Origin: Candidatus Obscuribacterales bacterium
Lineage (GTDB): Bacteria > Cyanobacteriota > Vampirovibrionia > Obscuribacterales > Obscuribacteraceae
Direction: 5' to 3'
DNA length: 64,000 nucleotides
NCBI GenBank assembly: GCA_965228855.1
Contig: CBDDIJ010000003.1
Span: forward strand, 2,944,001-3,008,000
Position 1 is the stretch's first letter; every line of letters begins with the position of its first letter. Both the position numbers and the translations under genes were made by a program. Below are positions 29,954 to 42,400 of this stretch, piece by piece. Below the pieces are notes generated by a model. It had not been told where the DNA came from and searched no databases. It worked only from the letters and a program-made list of their open reading frames with translations.

Positions 29954-30562
29954 TCAATACTGCGATGCGTAAGGGTCCTGAGCGTATCCCGGATAAGACA
30001 GCGTAGGCGGTGTATAAGTGTTCTGCGAATAGCTGGGCTGACCTCCGCCGGACGCTGTCTGCGGCATAGCGACGAGCGGACTGGAAGGAGAGCGGTGCGA
30101 CAGCGGAATGTTCAAGTCGGCGACAACTTGCAAGTGCCCGTTCGGCAAACTGCGAGCGTAAAAAGTATGCTGTGTCTTGCCGACGAAATACCGGCATCCG
30201 GAGTTAGTTCGGATCACTCCTTCGAATTGGTCGGGAGACTTATTCCAGCCGCCATTCGCCTGCCTGTATAGAACGTTTCCCCTCATCAAAATACCGTCGT
30301 GCACATCGGCAGGCACCGGGCAAAACTGCTCCCACTCAGCCTTCATGCGCCCGACAAGAACTCGGACGTGCTCCTGTCCATACAGCCAGGCACCTCTGTA
30401 ATTGTCCATCGCGGTATTCAAATCGATATAGTGACGACCGGTCTGAGCGTCGGATTTCAAGTAAGTATCCGACGCAGAGGCGCTGAACGTCTCTTGCTGT
30501 TTAGGCATCTCATCATACGTCGCCGTACTTTTTACTTCACCTTGAAGAATTAAACCAGACAG
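29954..30562 (-). CDS. Hypothetical protein (probable CTG start at 30562; first ATG at 30508)
   Basis: The frame is open upstream of ATG 30508, and GGAGG lies 8 nt before an in-frame CTG. Confidence 0.55.
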   Translation of the reverse strand: MSGLILQGEVKSTATYDEMPKQQETFSASASDTYLKSDAQTGRHYIDLNTAMDNYRGAWLYGQEHVRVLVGRMKAEWEQFCPVPADVHDGILMRGNVLYRQANGGWNKSPDQFEGVIRTNSGCRYFVGKTQHTFYARSLPNGHLQVVADLNIPLSHRSPSSPLVAMPQTASGGGQPSYSQNTYTPPTLSYPGYAQDPYASQY

Positions 30563-30604
30563 CTTCCCTTCCTCCGAATCACGCGTTAAACCCTGAATAA
30601 AAGG

Positions 30605-31927
30605 CTACATACGAAAGTGCTCTTCTCCGTGTGGACTGTGCACGTGCAAATATCGCCGCGACAATTCATCAGCTTCTTCGACTTTGCCGTTTTCCTTCAG
30701 CAGAGCAGACATCGCGATCGGCAATTCGTAGAGTTTTCTCTTCAAATGCGGCGACAACTTATCGTAACCATCCATCGCCTTGCGGTAGGCAGTTTCAGCG
30801 TCCGCGCGTTTGTTATGTCGTTGATAGAAGTGTCCGAGCTCGACTAAACAATCGATGTGAAGATACGGATGCGGAGGCTTTCGCGTTTCTTCAATCTGAA
30901 CCGCTTCTTTGAAAAGCGCCTCTGCACGTTCGACTTTACCCAGTTGCTCGGCCCCCTTCGCAAGATTTAAAAGAGCGCTGGTGTTTTTATGATGATCGTT
31001 ACCGTGAACTTTTTTGCCCAACTCATACGTCGTCTCATAGTGAGCATGAGCTTTCTCTGGCTGCTTCAAATGCGCATACGATAAACCCAGATAATGGTGA
31101 ATCGGAATCAGATCCCGCTGATTTTCATCCTTCAATTGCTTCGCAAGATCCAGCGCGGCGTGCAGATTTTCGGTGGCCGCTTGGTACTCTCGACACTCAT
31201 AACAGTTGATACCGAGTGTGGTGAGATCGCGAACGATCTCAATGTGTTTTTCACCAAAGTGTTTCTTGTCGATTTCCATTGCTTGTTTAAGGAGTTCGAC
31301 TGAATCCTTGTACTTCTTCTCGCCCGCATACAGCCGAGCAAGATTATGCATCGTGACCGCGAGTTCAGGCGCGTCCGGTTTCAAAACCTTTCGCTTGATG
31401 GCAAGCGCCTTTTGATACCACTCTTCCGATTCATGCGGCTTGTGAAGCGCGTCACATACGACAGCAAGATTGCCCATCGTCTCAGCTATCCGCAAGTCAT
31501 ATTCCGGAAGCAAACGCTGCCTGATTTCAAGAGCGCGAACGAGGTTTTTATGCGAAAGCTCATACTCACCGGTGCGCGTATAAAGATGGTTGAGTTGATT
31601 CAGAGATGTGGCGAGATTCAACTCCTGGGATTTCTCGGACTCAGCGAACTTAACTGCATCCTTCCAGATTTTGCCGGCTTCCTCTAAGTTTCCTTTGACA
31701 AAAGTCTCTTCGGCTTTGCCCTCGAGCTCTTCCCATTTCTTATCGGCTACCGGATCGGGTTTTACCGTTTCGTGTTTTGAAACCGCCGCGCTGTTTGCCT
31801 GATTATTCGCATGGAGAGCCGGTTTAACGCCATCCGCGTCAAGAGCTGTCGAGGCAGAAACATTCGTCAATCCAAATAAGAGTGACAACAATACAGCGGA
31901 TTTGATTTTTCGTTCCCTTAGAACCAT
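30605..31927 (-). CDS. Exported TPR protein (kinesin-light-chain-like 42-aa repeats)
   Basis: Signal peptide; repeats LATSLNQLNHLY, IAETMGNLAVV, LAVTMHNLARLY. Confidence 0.88.
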   Translation of the reverse strand: MVLRERKIKSAVLLSLLFGLTNVSASTALDADGVKPALHANNQANSAAVSKHETVKPDPVADKKWEELEGKAEETFVKGNLEEAGKIWKDAVKFAESEKSQELNLATSLNQLNHLYTRTGEYELSHKNLVRALEIRQRLLPEYDLRIAETMGNLAVVCDALHKPHESEEWYQKALAIKRKVLKPDAPELAVTMHNLARLYAGEKKYKDSVELLKQAMEIDKKHFGEKHIEIVRDLTTLGINCYECREYQAATENLHAALDLAKQLKDENQRDLIPIHHYLGLSYAHLKQPEKAHAHYETTYELGKKVHGNDHHKNTSALLNLAKGAEQLGKVERAEALFKEAVQIEETRKPPHPYLHIDCLVELGHFYQRHNKRADAETAYRKAMDGYDKLSPHLKRKLYELPIAMSALLKENGKVEEADELSRRYLHVHSPHGEEHFRM

Positions 31928-32061
31928 TCGACCAGCCTCAAACGCAAACTTTCGTCCGGAAGACTATATTAGCGCCAAACACGAAAAGTTTCTCGTTTTT
32001 CACGAGCACCGTTTGACCTGGCCGCTTGAATCGAATGAAATATGGAACGAGGTGCTTGAAG

Positions 32062-33051
32062 CTACATCCGCCCCCAGAAGGGATTGATACTGTGGGAGAA
32101 ATGCGTCACCGCGCGGCGTGCCGTCTCGGCATTCACAAAGGCAATATCGGTGTCGTGCTGTTCGCGGGGGCTGACGTTGTCGAAAAGCATCGTATCCATC
32201 AACGTCGGTTTCTTAAAAAAGGGAATCAAAAATTGTTCCGTCGATTCAAACCGCTCACCCTCGTTGAATGGTTCAAAATCTACAACCCGCAAATTGGTCA
32301 CGGCAAAAGCATGGACATCGAGTTGATCCACTTCATTCAGTTTCCAAATCACGCACCTTGCGTTGGAGTGTTCGGACTCACTGAGCAATCTGCCGGCCGA
32401 AGCGCAGCTTTCCAGCACGCCCTGCTTACCGGAGATAAACGTGCGAGCCTCTCCTTTGTTGACATATGCGGTCACAATTACTTCTTCGTTCGCATTGATG
32501 ACTTGAACACAACCTGCTCCACCCGCCGCTTTCAACTCATCGATAGCAAGAAGAAACGTGCGGCGCGGAGAGCGCATTGATTTGATCGTGCTCTGACCAT
32601 ATAGTGTGGATGCCATCCCGTATGCGGTGGCATTGTTCAACAAACTGAGATTGAACGTGCAATCACTTTCTTTCAATACCATGAGAAGCTCTTGCAAGGC
32701 ACCCTCGCCGAGAGTAGCCTGAGCATGTCCTCTACGCCGGAACGTGCAGGAGATACCTCGACCATTCATAGTAATTAAAGTGGCTCGCGCCTTTAAATTG
32801 TCGGAGGCAACGTGCAAAGCGCATGTGATACCACGCGCCTGAATATAGTGAAACAGCTGGCGAAAACGAATATTTCGCGCCAGTATCACCTTCAGACCGA
32901 AGAGGTCCTTTTCAAACGAGATGCCACCAATGAAGCGGCGGCAATCTCCTTTATGGCGGTTTGGATTAGTAAGAATTCTTCGGAGGCGCGTAACTTCTTG
33001 CCTCTTCTGGTAAGCGTGCAACCGGTTTAACATGTATTCCCTCACAGGCAT
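32062..33051 (-). CDS. Hypothetical protein, possible tandem degenerate DUF4388-like domains
   Basis: LFHYIQARGITCALHV...ATLITMNGRGISC...GEGALQELL and LKAAGGAGCVQV...AYVNKGE resemble the DUF4388 pattern in 10040-12040. Confidence 0.5.
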   Translation of the reverse strand: MPVREYMLNRLHAYQKRQEVTRLRRILTNPNRHKGDCRRFIGGISFEKDLFGLKVILARNIRFRQLFHYIQARGITCALHVASDNLKARATLITMNGRGISCTFRRRGHAQATLGEGALQELLMVLKESDCTFNLSLLNNATAYGMASTLYGQSTIKSMRSPRRTFLLAIDELKAAGGAGCVQVINANEEVIVTAYVNKGEARTFISGKQGVLESCASAGRLLSESEHSNARCVIWKLNEVDQLDVHAFAVTNLRVVDFEPFNEGERFESTEQFLIPFFKKPTLMDTMLFDNVSPREQHDTDIAFVNAETARRAVTHFSHSINPFWGRM

Positions 33052-33407
33052 CGCCGAATGCGAATGCCGCAGCCTATCACTATAAGCTTCAACAAGTGGG
33101 ACTATATTAACGTTAATTTGTGACCATTTAGTAGCCTCGCCATCTTTCAGCGCTCATTATTCATGCGGTTTTTCCCACTGCCTGACGAACTTCGCCTTTT
33201 CCTCAAACTCACGCGCCCTGTTGGACGTAAGTAGTCAGTAGATGTTACTCTTTTCGGCTGGATCAGCCATCCGGTGGGAGCCGAGCTAAACAAACGCTCA
33301 CTTTCCCGAGAGGCTGAGATGGCGCCTGGAAGCCCATCAACTACAAGAGCGATGCAATGCGCGTCGCTTTGGCGCATTCGCATCATCATGTCAAACGGAG
33401 CGTTCGT

Positions 33408-36400
33408 ATGAAGACTACCGGTAAACCATCGAAATCCTTGCACATTGAATCGAGTGGATTCGGCAAGAAGTTCGTGATTCTCTGGGTTTTAGCCTCATTC
33501 CTTGTATCGAATTCTCCAGCCTACGCCAGCCGAGAAGATCGGCTAGATCAAGTGCGCGCAGACCGGCACGAGCGTCGAGAAGAACGCCTGCAACTCCGTG
33601 CGGAACGCATGGCCGAGCGCATCGCGCTTCCATCCTTGAACAACCAGATACCGCAGATCAAGCTGGCACCAGTCTTTCAAAACAGCCAGAATTCTAACCA
33701 GTTAAATACATTAGAACAGCGCAGAATGGAACGCGCCAATCTCATAACCGCAAAACGCGAAGCTCGAGCAACCGCATTGCAAAATCGGCTTTCCGCGGTG
33801 AATCAGATTTCGAATAAAACTATCCAGACTCAAGACTCAGGACGCACACGCAACATCAATGCGGGTCTGAAACTAGACTTGAGTTCCGCGCAAAATAACA
33901 TTGTTCTCGGGCAAAAATTATTTTCCGGAGATGCTGATTCGGTCACCATCACTGTAGGTGGCGAAGAGAAAACGTTCACAGCCGGCTCCAAAGTGACGGC
34001 AGCTGAGTACGCGTCAATACTCCAAACACTTAACGGCGGTCAGACACTGACCCTCGATAGCAAAGGGACCGCCCTCAGCGGTAAGCTCGATTTCGAAACA
34101 ATAACTTCAAACGGCGACAATTTGAAGCTGTCATCGCTGGTGATACCAGAGCAAGTACTCGCAGTTGGAAACTTTTCCAAAACTTCGGATGTAAAACTTA
34201 AAGGCGACCTCGTTAATTACGGTTCAATCTATGCAGTCTCCAACCGGGATGGCGGCACGAAAGCCACGATCGCAACCACCAATCTGCACAACCAGGAAGG
34301 CGGTTTGATCTCCTCTGTTCCGAACTCTTCTTTAGGGACAGACCTTGCACAAACGCTTGATTTGAAACTGCGTGCAGACGACACGCTTTCGAACGCAGGA
34401 AAAATCGAGAGCTCCGGCGACCTCACTCTGTCTGCTGGAAACGTGGTTGTAAACGGAGATTCCAGAGGTCGTTCTTCATCCACGGCATCCGCAGTTGCGG
34501 CGAACAATTTGATTATCGACGCGCCGAATGTTTCAAACTCTGGTTTGCTCGCTGCTCAAAATGGAAACGTGAACTTCACGGCGCCAGTGGATGCGAATCA
34601 TGATGGTTCAATTACTGTAAACAATGCAAACGGGACTATCCAGGCATTAAATGGCGACATCAATTTCCGAGACGCGTCGGCATCTACAACAGAAAAATTC
34701 TCCACCACAGTGAACGGTGGTGACTTGCTGTCACAGAAGTTGAACGTCTACGGCGGTGACGGAGCAGTAAACGTTCACTCGCAAAACATCACCGGCGGTG
34801 TCACGGTCAAATCCGGTACCGCATTCGTTTCCGCAGCGGCCAGTGACCTTGATATTGACGAACTTGTAACGACCGGCGACCCAGTAACGGCTTCGGGCGG
34901 CAATGTGAACGTCGGAAGCATTACAACCAGCGGCAATCCATACACCGTGATAGCTGGCGGTGACATTACTTTCGACCCTAGTGCGGTGGTCAACACAAGC
35001 AACGGTGCTGGAGCGGGCGGCAACGTGATCTTAGCTGCAGGCGCCAACTTCACGACTGGCGGCGGCGTGTATCAGATAACCGGAGGCACCGCTGCTGGTG
35101 GCGGAATTTACGGCAATAGTAACGCTCAAATAATAACAAGTGGAACCTCAAGCGCTGGAAATGTTCAGCTAGTCGCATTTACAGGCTCGGGCGGCGGGTC
35201 AGGCACCATCTACCTGCCGACAGAAACAGTGACGGCAAATAGCGGTGCCGGTAACAATAACGCAACAGTGACAGCAATTGGCAATTTCATTGAGATCGCC
35301 GGAGTGACAGCGACCGGCGGCAATGCAACCACCGGCGGCGTCATCCTCAATTCGTTCGGAGCAACTGTATCCGGTGGCAATGTAGTCATTGATGGTACTA
35401 CTGGCGCACAGATGGGTGTCGGCTCCTTCCAGCCGGCGACCTCAACCGCAAACCCAGGCGACATTCTCGTAGGACCAATTAACACGACAGGCACAGTAGC
35501 GCTGAGTTCGAGCAACAATCTCGTGATTCGAGGAAATGCCAATGCACGGGGCTTCTCAGCAACGGCAATCAATGACATTGGTCTCGACGGTTCCGCTGCA
35601 ATAACTTCCCCTAACGGCATAACAATTGTTGCCGGAAACAACGTTTATCTATCCCCTTTCTCTGCTCCGTCAGCCGCTTCGTTGAACACGGATGCTGCCG
35701 TCGCTGGAGCTATCACTGTGATAGGCGGCGCCTTGTTTACGGAGACAGCCGGAACGGTCAGCGTTAGCGGAATACGCGGCGATGGTGGTTATGTCGACTT
35801 CAACTACATCGATATTCTGGGCATATCGGCGAACAGCTCAGCCGGGGCAGGCGGCAACATTAACATCGCCTCCTACGGCCAAGTCAGCATCAACAGCGTA
35901 GCTGGAATTACAGCTACGGGTTCCGGCGCTAACGCGAACGGAGACATCACTCTAGTTGGCGCTGAAGGCTTGGGTGTTTACTCGGTATTTGTCGAGAACA
36001 ACATCGTAAACAATGCCGGCACCGGCGGTGGCAATTTCGTCGCCGCATCGTCGACACCATTGGCGGTGACAGTTAGCAAAACAAACGGAAGCGTGACTGG
36101 AACCTTGACCGGCGGCAGTCAGACGGCAGGCGACATCTTTATCCAAAACGTCAATGTGCGAGGCAGCATCTCTGCAAACGGCGGCGGATACCTGTCCACC
36201 GGCACACTCAATGGAACAAGCGTCACACTAGGCTCTGGTCGTGGAATCGATGTAGGCAACATCACAGCGAGTGGTGCGGTGACGGCAACCTCCAGTGACT
36301 ATGCTGTATTCGCGAACGTAACGGCAACCGGCAATGCATTCAACGTGACGGCAACAGGCGAAGTGAGCCTGGGAACGACAAATGTCGGTAGCTTGTCGGT

Positions 36401-39400
36401 CGCATCAGGTGACGACATCGTCATCCGCAGCAACCTCACCTCGCCGGGCGGCATTGCGTTAGTCGCTAGCCGTTCCATATTCACAAACGTTCCTAACCTG
36501 GTGATCTCGACGGCAGCGAACGCAGGCGGCGGCAACGTCATCATGGCTGCGGGTGCTGCTTGGACTTCCACAGCTACCACAATTACGGTCACCGGAGCCG
36601 GTATCGGAGGTAGCATCGATTTCTTCGGACAACCGCTTGATACGCTAACAACCCGCTCTCTCACAGGCAACAACAACGGTGGCGACGTCACAATGGTGGC
36701 GTTCGGCGGCAACATCAGCACTAATACCACCACAGACATCATCACAGGCGGTACCGGCACGGGCAGCAACGGCAACGTGACAATGATCTCCAACGCTACT
36801 GGCACTGCGTTGAACCTCTCCGGCACCATTAACACCACGGGCGGCACCACCGCTAGTGGAAGCGTTTCACTCACGACTGCAACTCCGAACACAAGTCCGG
36901 CAGTCGTTATCCAACGAGCATCCGCAACGACGTCTTCAGGCAATTTCAGCATCGCGAACCCCACGCTGACGAACGGTGCGATTCAGATAGACGGAACGAT
37001 CACCGTCGGCAGTGCTGACATTATTGCTCAAGCGGGTTTCGACATTTTGGCTAGCGCAACTCTGACTTCAGCGACCGGAGCTATCAATTTGAGTTCCGGA
37101 GTGTTTCTCAACGCAGCGACTATTAACGCCGGTTCCGGAAGCATCGCGCTCACTTCCACAGATAACATAAGCTTGAACGGCAACCTCTCAGCCCGCTCGG
37201 GAATTCTTCTTGTCTCCGGACACAACGTCTTCCCAGGGTCGGCCGGACTATCAATCACCACTGGCGGCGCTGGAACTTCAGGCGACATCACCATGATCGC
37301 TGGCGCAGCGTTCACCCAAAACGCATCTAGTGTCACCGTGACCGGAGCTTCCACTACAGGTGGACAGATAGATTTTGACTTCAACGATCTGTCTGGTCTG
37401 ACAACCGCAAGCACATCCGGCGACGGAGCTGGTGGCGACGTAACGCTGGTTGCATTCACGGGAACAGACAATAGAGGCGGCGTTCTGATGGACCCCACCG
37501 TTGGTTCAATTACGACCGGCGGAAATGGAGCGGGTGCAAACGGAAACGTTCTGATCATCGCAGGAGCGACAACCGGCACAGGTGTTTTACTTAGAAACGT
37601 CAACACCACAGGTGGTGCGGTCACCACAGGGAATGTTGATATCAGAACGGCCACTCCGACGACCAGCACACCTGTCGTATATAACAAGAGTGATGCGACG
37701 CTCGCATCAGGCAACTTTGCAAACGCACCGGTAGCGACCGATTCATCTGTCACGTTTGACACCATTACGGTAGCCTCAGATGCTGACGTCCGCATCAACG
37801 GCGGCGACATTATCGGCACCAGCCTCGTCGGCGGAGCAAACTCGGTCTTAAACATCAACTCTACCGGCAACGTCAACATAACTAATGCAATCAATCTCGG
37901 CACCGCGAATATCACTTCGACCGACGATGTAACGGTATCGCTCTCTCAAGGTGGAAGCGGCAGCGCAACGATTTCCGGCGACAATGTCAACCTTGGAAAT
38001 TCGACCACTGGCACTCTCAGAGTAAGCGGAAGCTTTGTAGGTCTCAACTCGCTCACTGCGGCTAACACGGCAGTAACATCGACAAGCGACATCGCGTTGA
38101 ACGCGAGCATCACATCACCAGGCGGCATTCTGCTGGTCGCCGGTCAGGATATCTACTCGGCGCTCGCAGGAATCAACATCTCTTCAGCATCGGCGTCTAC
38201 CAACGGGGGAGCGATCAGTATCATCGCCGGAGCTAACTTCACCCAGGACCTGACGACAGTCACCGTCACCGGTGCCTCCACAACGGGAGGAAACATTGAC
38301 TTCGACTTCAATAATGTTGGAACGATCAGTTCACGCAGCACATTTACGAACGGCAATGGTGGCGCGATAAACCTGATCGCGTTTGATGGCACCAATGATT
38401 TCTCTTTCGTCTTCACCGACTCGACAACTCAAATCCTCACAGGCGGAAGTGGAACGGGCAGTAATGGCAGCGTAACAGTCATAGGCGGCGGTTCCGCAAA
38501 CGATGTAGTATTCCTGGGCAACATAGACACAACCGGCGGCAATGCCACCACTGGTAATGTCTATCTCGCCGCAGGCGTACCTGACACGACGCCTTCCGTA
38601 GTGCTTCAAAAGAGCAACGCAACTATAAGCTCAGGCAACTTCGCAGACGTCGTTACGCTCAATCCAGCAAATGTGACAGCTGGCAACATCACAGTCTCGT
38701 CAGATGCGGATGTCACACTCAACGCAGGAGCGCTCGTTGATGTAGGCGCGGTCACTGGCGGAGCAAACTCAGTTCTCACCATCAATGCTGGTACGACGAC
38801 AGACCTGCTGTCCTCCACGGTGGGTCACATAACAATCACATCAGGCTCAGACGTCACCATTGCCGGCACAATCAATCAAGGTGCAGCCGGCTCACTCGAT
38901 ATCACGTCTGGCGGTCTGACGCAGGTTCTTCAACTAACTAGCGGAACAGCCAGAATTGCCAGCGTCGGAGATCTATTTATTGGCGGACCAGTCGTCATCA
39001 CGAACTCCTTCGTTGCAACTTCGCAGGGCTACATCGATCTGGACAACGACATCACAGCCAGAGGCGGTATAGTCCTCGTCGCCGGCCGCACAATCTCAGC
39101 GAACACCAGCAACGTCGTCGATCTGTCCACGGCAGGAACCGGTAACTCCGGTGACATCACACTGATCGCCGGAGCTGCATTCACTCAGAACGGCACAACG
39201 ATAACAGTCACGGGCGGTTCTGCACTCGGTGGAATCATCGATTTCGATATCCAAAACGTTAATTCGATTGACTCAAGAAGTACTGGTGGAAACGGAGCCG
39301 GCGGTGACGTCACTCTCTTGGCCTTTGCCGGTTCGGATCCAGGCACCGGTCAAGTGTTCACCGCGGTTGAAACTGTCATCAACACTGGCGGCAACGGCAG

Positions 39401-42400
39401 CGGAGCAAATGGTTCATTTACCGCTATCGGCAACATTCCCACAGCGGGAGGATTTTACGGAGCAGCCATAGCTGGTCCTCTCAGCACCGCAGGAGGTGCG
39501 GTCAATACGGGCGACGTTTACATTGCAGCAGCACAGATTCCTTCACCAGTTTCAATTACGAAGGCTGACGCTTCCGTGTCGAGCACTTTGACAGGTGGAA
39601 CCGTCACCCCAGGCTACGTCTTCACAGGAGACATCACGGTCGCAAACGGAGCCGATGTGACGTTACGCGCTGGTGGCGACGTAGACACTGACGTCGTGAC
39701 AGCCGGAGCTAATTCGGTGCTCAACATCAACGCTGGTGGAGCGTCGACGATTGAATCGTCAAACGCCGGAACTGTGAACATTACAGCAGGCAATTTTGTC
39801 ACCGCAGGAACCTTCAATCAGGGAACAAGTGGCGTCCTCAATATCACCGCCGGCTCGGACCTCTCGGTCGATCAAATCAACACTGGCAACGCGAGGTTAT
39901 CGGCAAACGGCATTCTGATTCTTTTGAACACCGTCACCGCATCCGGCAGCGTAGTCGGTTTGGGTCAGGGCGGCATAACACTGGCAAACGACATCACTGC
40001 GCCAGGGGGAATATTACTGGTATCTGGTCGAGACATTGCGCCGACAGTACCGGGGGTTGTGGACCTTTCAACTTCCAGAACCGGTAACGCAGGAGACATC
40101 ACTCTCATTGCCGGTGCGGCTTACACTAGCGACGCGACTAACGTCACTATCACGGGCGGCTCCGCAACCGGCGGCGGCATCGACTTCGACTTCAACGCCG
40201 TCAATACAATCGATACCCGTAGTACCGGTGCCAACGGGGCAGGCGGCGACCTGACCATGATCGGCTTCGCAGGTTCATTCAGTGGCAGCGGATACGTGTT
40301 CACTGACACGGCCGGTGAAATCAGAACAGGCGGTTCGGGAACCGGAGCGAACGGAAACGTCACCGTGGTCGCTGGTAACAACGCCGGCTTCGCAGTCGGT
40401 CTGCGTGGGCTGGTCGACACCACCGGCGGTGCAGCGGGAACAGGAAATGTTTACGCTGCTGCAGCAACTCCCGACACGACTCCGGCAGTTATCATCGCCA
40501 AGAGCAATGCATCAATAACGTCCGGTGATTTCACAACCGGAGCTATCGTCAATGGTGATTCCTTTGTGGACAATGTCATCGTCGGAGCGGGCGCTGACAT
40601 TACTCTTTTTGGCGGAGGCTTCGGCTCCATAACCGACTTGACCGGTGGTGCCAACTCGTCGATCCTGGCCTCCTACGGTGGCGCAATTGATACTAGAGAC
40701 GTATCGCTCGGCGCAGGCGGAAATCTCTCGCTGCTAACGAACCTGTTTATTCGTTTGAACGGAGACGTCAGCGCCCCGGGCGGCATTCTAATGGTCGCTG
40801 GAACTGACATATTCAGTTCCGTCCTTGCTGCTTCGATTTCCGCTGATAGCGCGACTGGGAACGCTGGTGACATTTCACTAGTTGCAGGAGCGACCTTCAC
40901 GCAAAACGCGACTGACGTCACCATCACCGGTGCCACAGCTACAGGTGGCCGTATTGATTTCGACGCCTTCAATCTCGCGGCGCTGACTGCAAACTCGGGT
41001 GGCGGAAACGGCGCCGGTGGCGATATAACGCTGGTTTCACTGTTCGGCACCAACAATACCGGTGAAGTGTTCACAGATTCAACAACTGTTATAAACGCCG
41101 GCGGCAACGGAACAGGAAGCAATGGAACGCTCACGATCGTCAGTGCGAAAAACAATGGCGCTTCCGGCATCTTCTTGAACAACAGCATCAACCTTTCCGG
41201 CGGTGCTCAGGGAACCGGCGCGATCACGCTTTCAACCTCCAGTCTTCCCGGTTCAGTCACGCTCGCAAAAGCAACCGGCTCGATTACGGCTGGAACCTTC
41301 CTTGGTGGAGCGTTAACCAACAGTTCAATCAACGGAAACAATCTTACTGTCAGAGGCGGAGCGATCAACATCCGCTCGGGTGACAGCGTAGCCTTCAATG
41401 CACTCGATGTGAGTGGCAACGTGAATGGCAACGGAGGTTCAATTGTTGTAAGCACAGCAGGAGCGACCGCGCTGGATCTCGGCGGCGCGTTCGGAAACAG
41501 AATCAATTCACTGACAGCAGCTGGTGGTTCCACTTCCGGCAACGGCGGTTCGATTAGTGCCACTGCGACCGGTGCAGGCGGCATCAATATAAGCACGCCG
41601 CTGAATGTTGGCGCAATTGAAGGCAATGGTGGTTCCATACTCTTGAACGCAACCAACGGCGATCTGACATTCGCCGGCGGCACAGCGACTATAAACGCCT
41701 CGGCGGCAACGAACAGCGCCACCGCGCACGCCGGTGGTTCAATCACACTGACAGGACGCAACATAACCGGTTCAAATCCATTCCAGCTCCTGGCCAACGG
41801 CGTCTCCGGCGGCAACGGCGGACAGATCTCCGTGACTTCGACGGTCGGCGATATTAACGTAGGAACTGGCAACGGTCAGTTCAGCGCCTCGGCAAGCGGT
41901 CCAAACGGAGTCATCTCGTTTTCCGCGACTGGCGCAGGAGGTGACATCAACGTCCTAGCCACAGGCGCTCTCTCCACGTCAACCGTCAACCTATCATCCG
42001 CGCAAGGAACTCTGGTGTTGAACGGTAACGTCACTGGTTCTACAGCAGTCAATCTCACTGTCGCCGGAGCGAACAGCATCACCGGTACAGGAACCGTATC
42101 CGGTGGCACCCTCTCTGTAAGCGCAGGAACCGGCGCAACCACATTGACGACGAGTGTTGCGAGTTTGACGTTGGCAACCAACGGCAATGTCACAATTACT
42201 GAGAACGATGACATCACTCTCAACGCCGGAACGACCGGTGCAGGCAGCCTGAATCTCAATGCGACCGGCGACGATATCACGGTAGGCGGCAACGTGACGG
42301 CGAACGGAGGTATCACACTGACGACCACAGGAGCCGGAACCATCAGTGGTGCCGGCAGATTGATCTCGACAGGTCTATTGACGTTGAACGGCGGCTCCGG

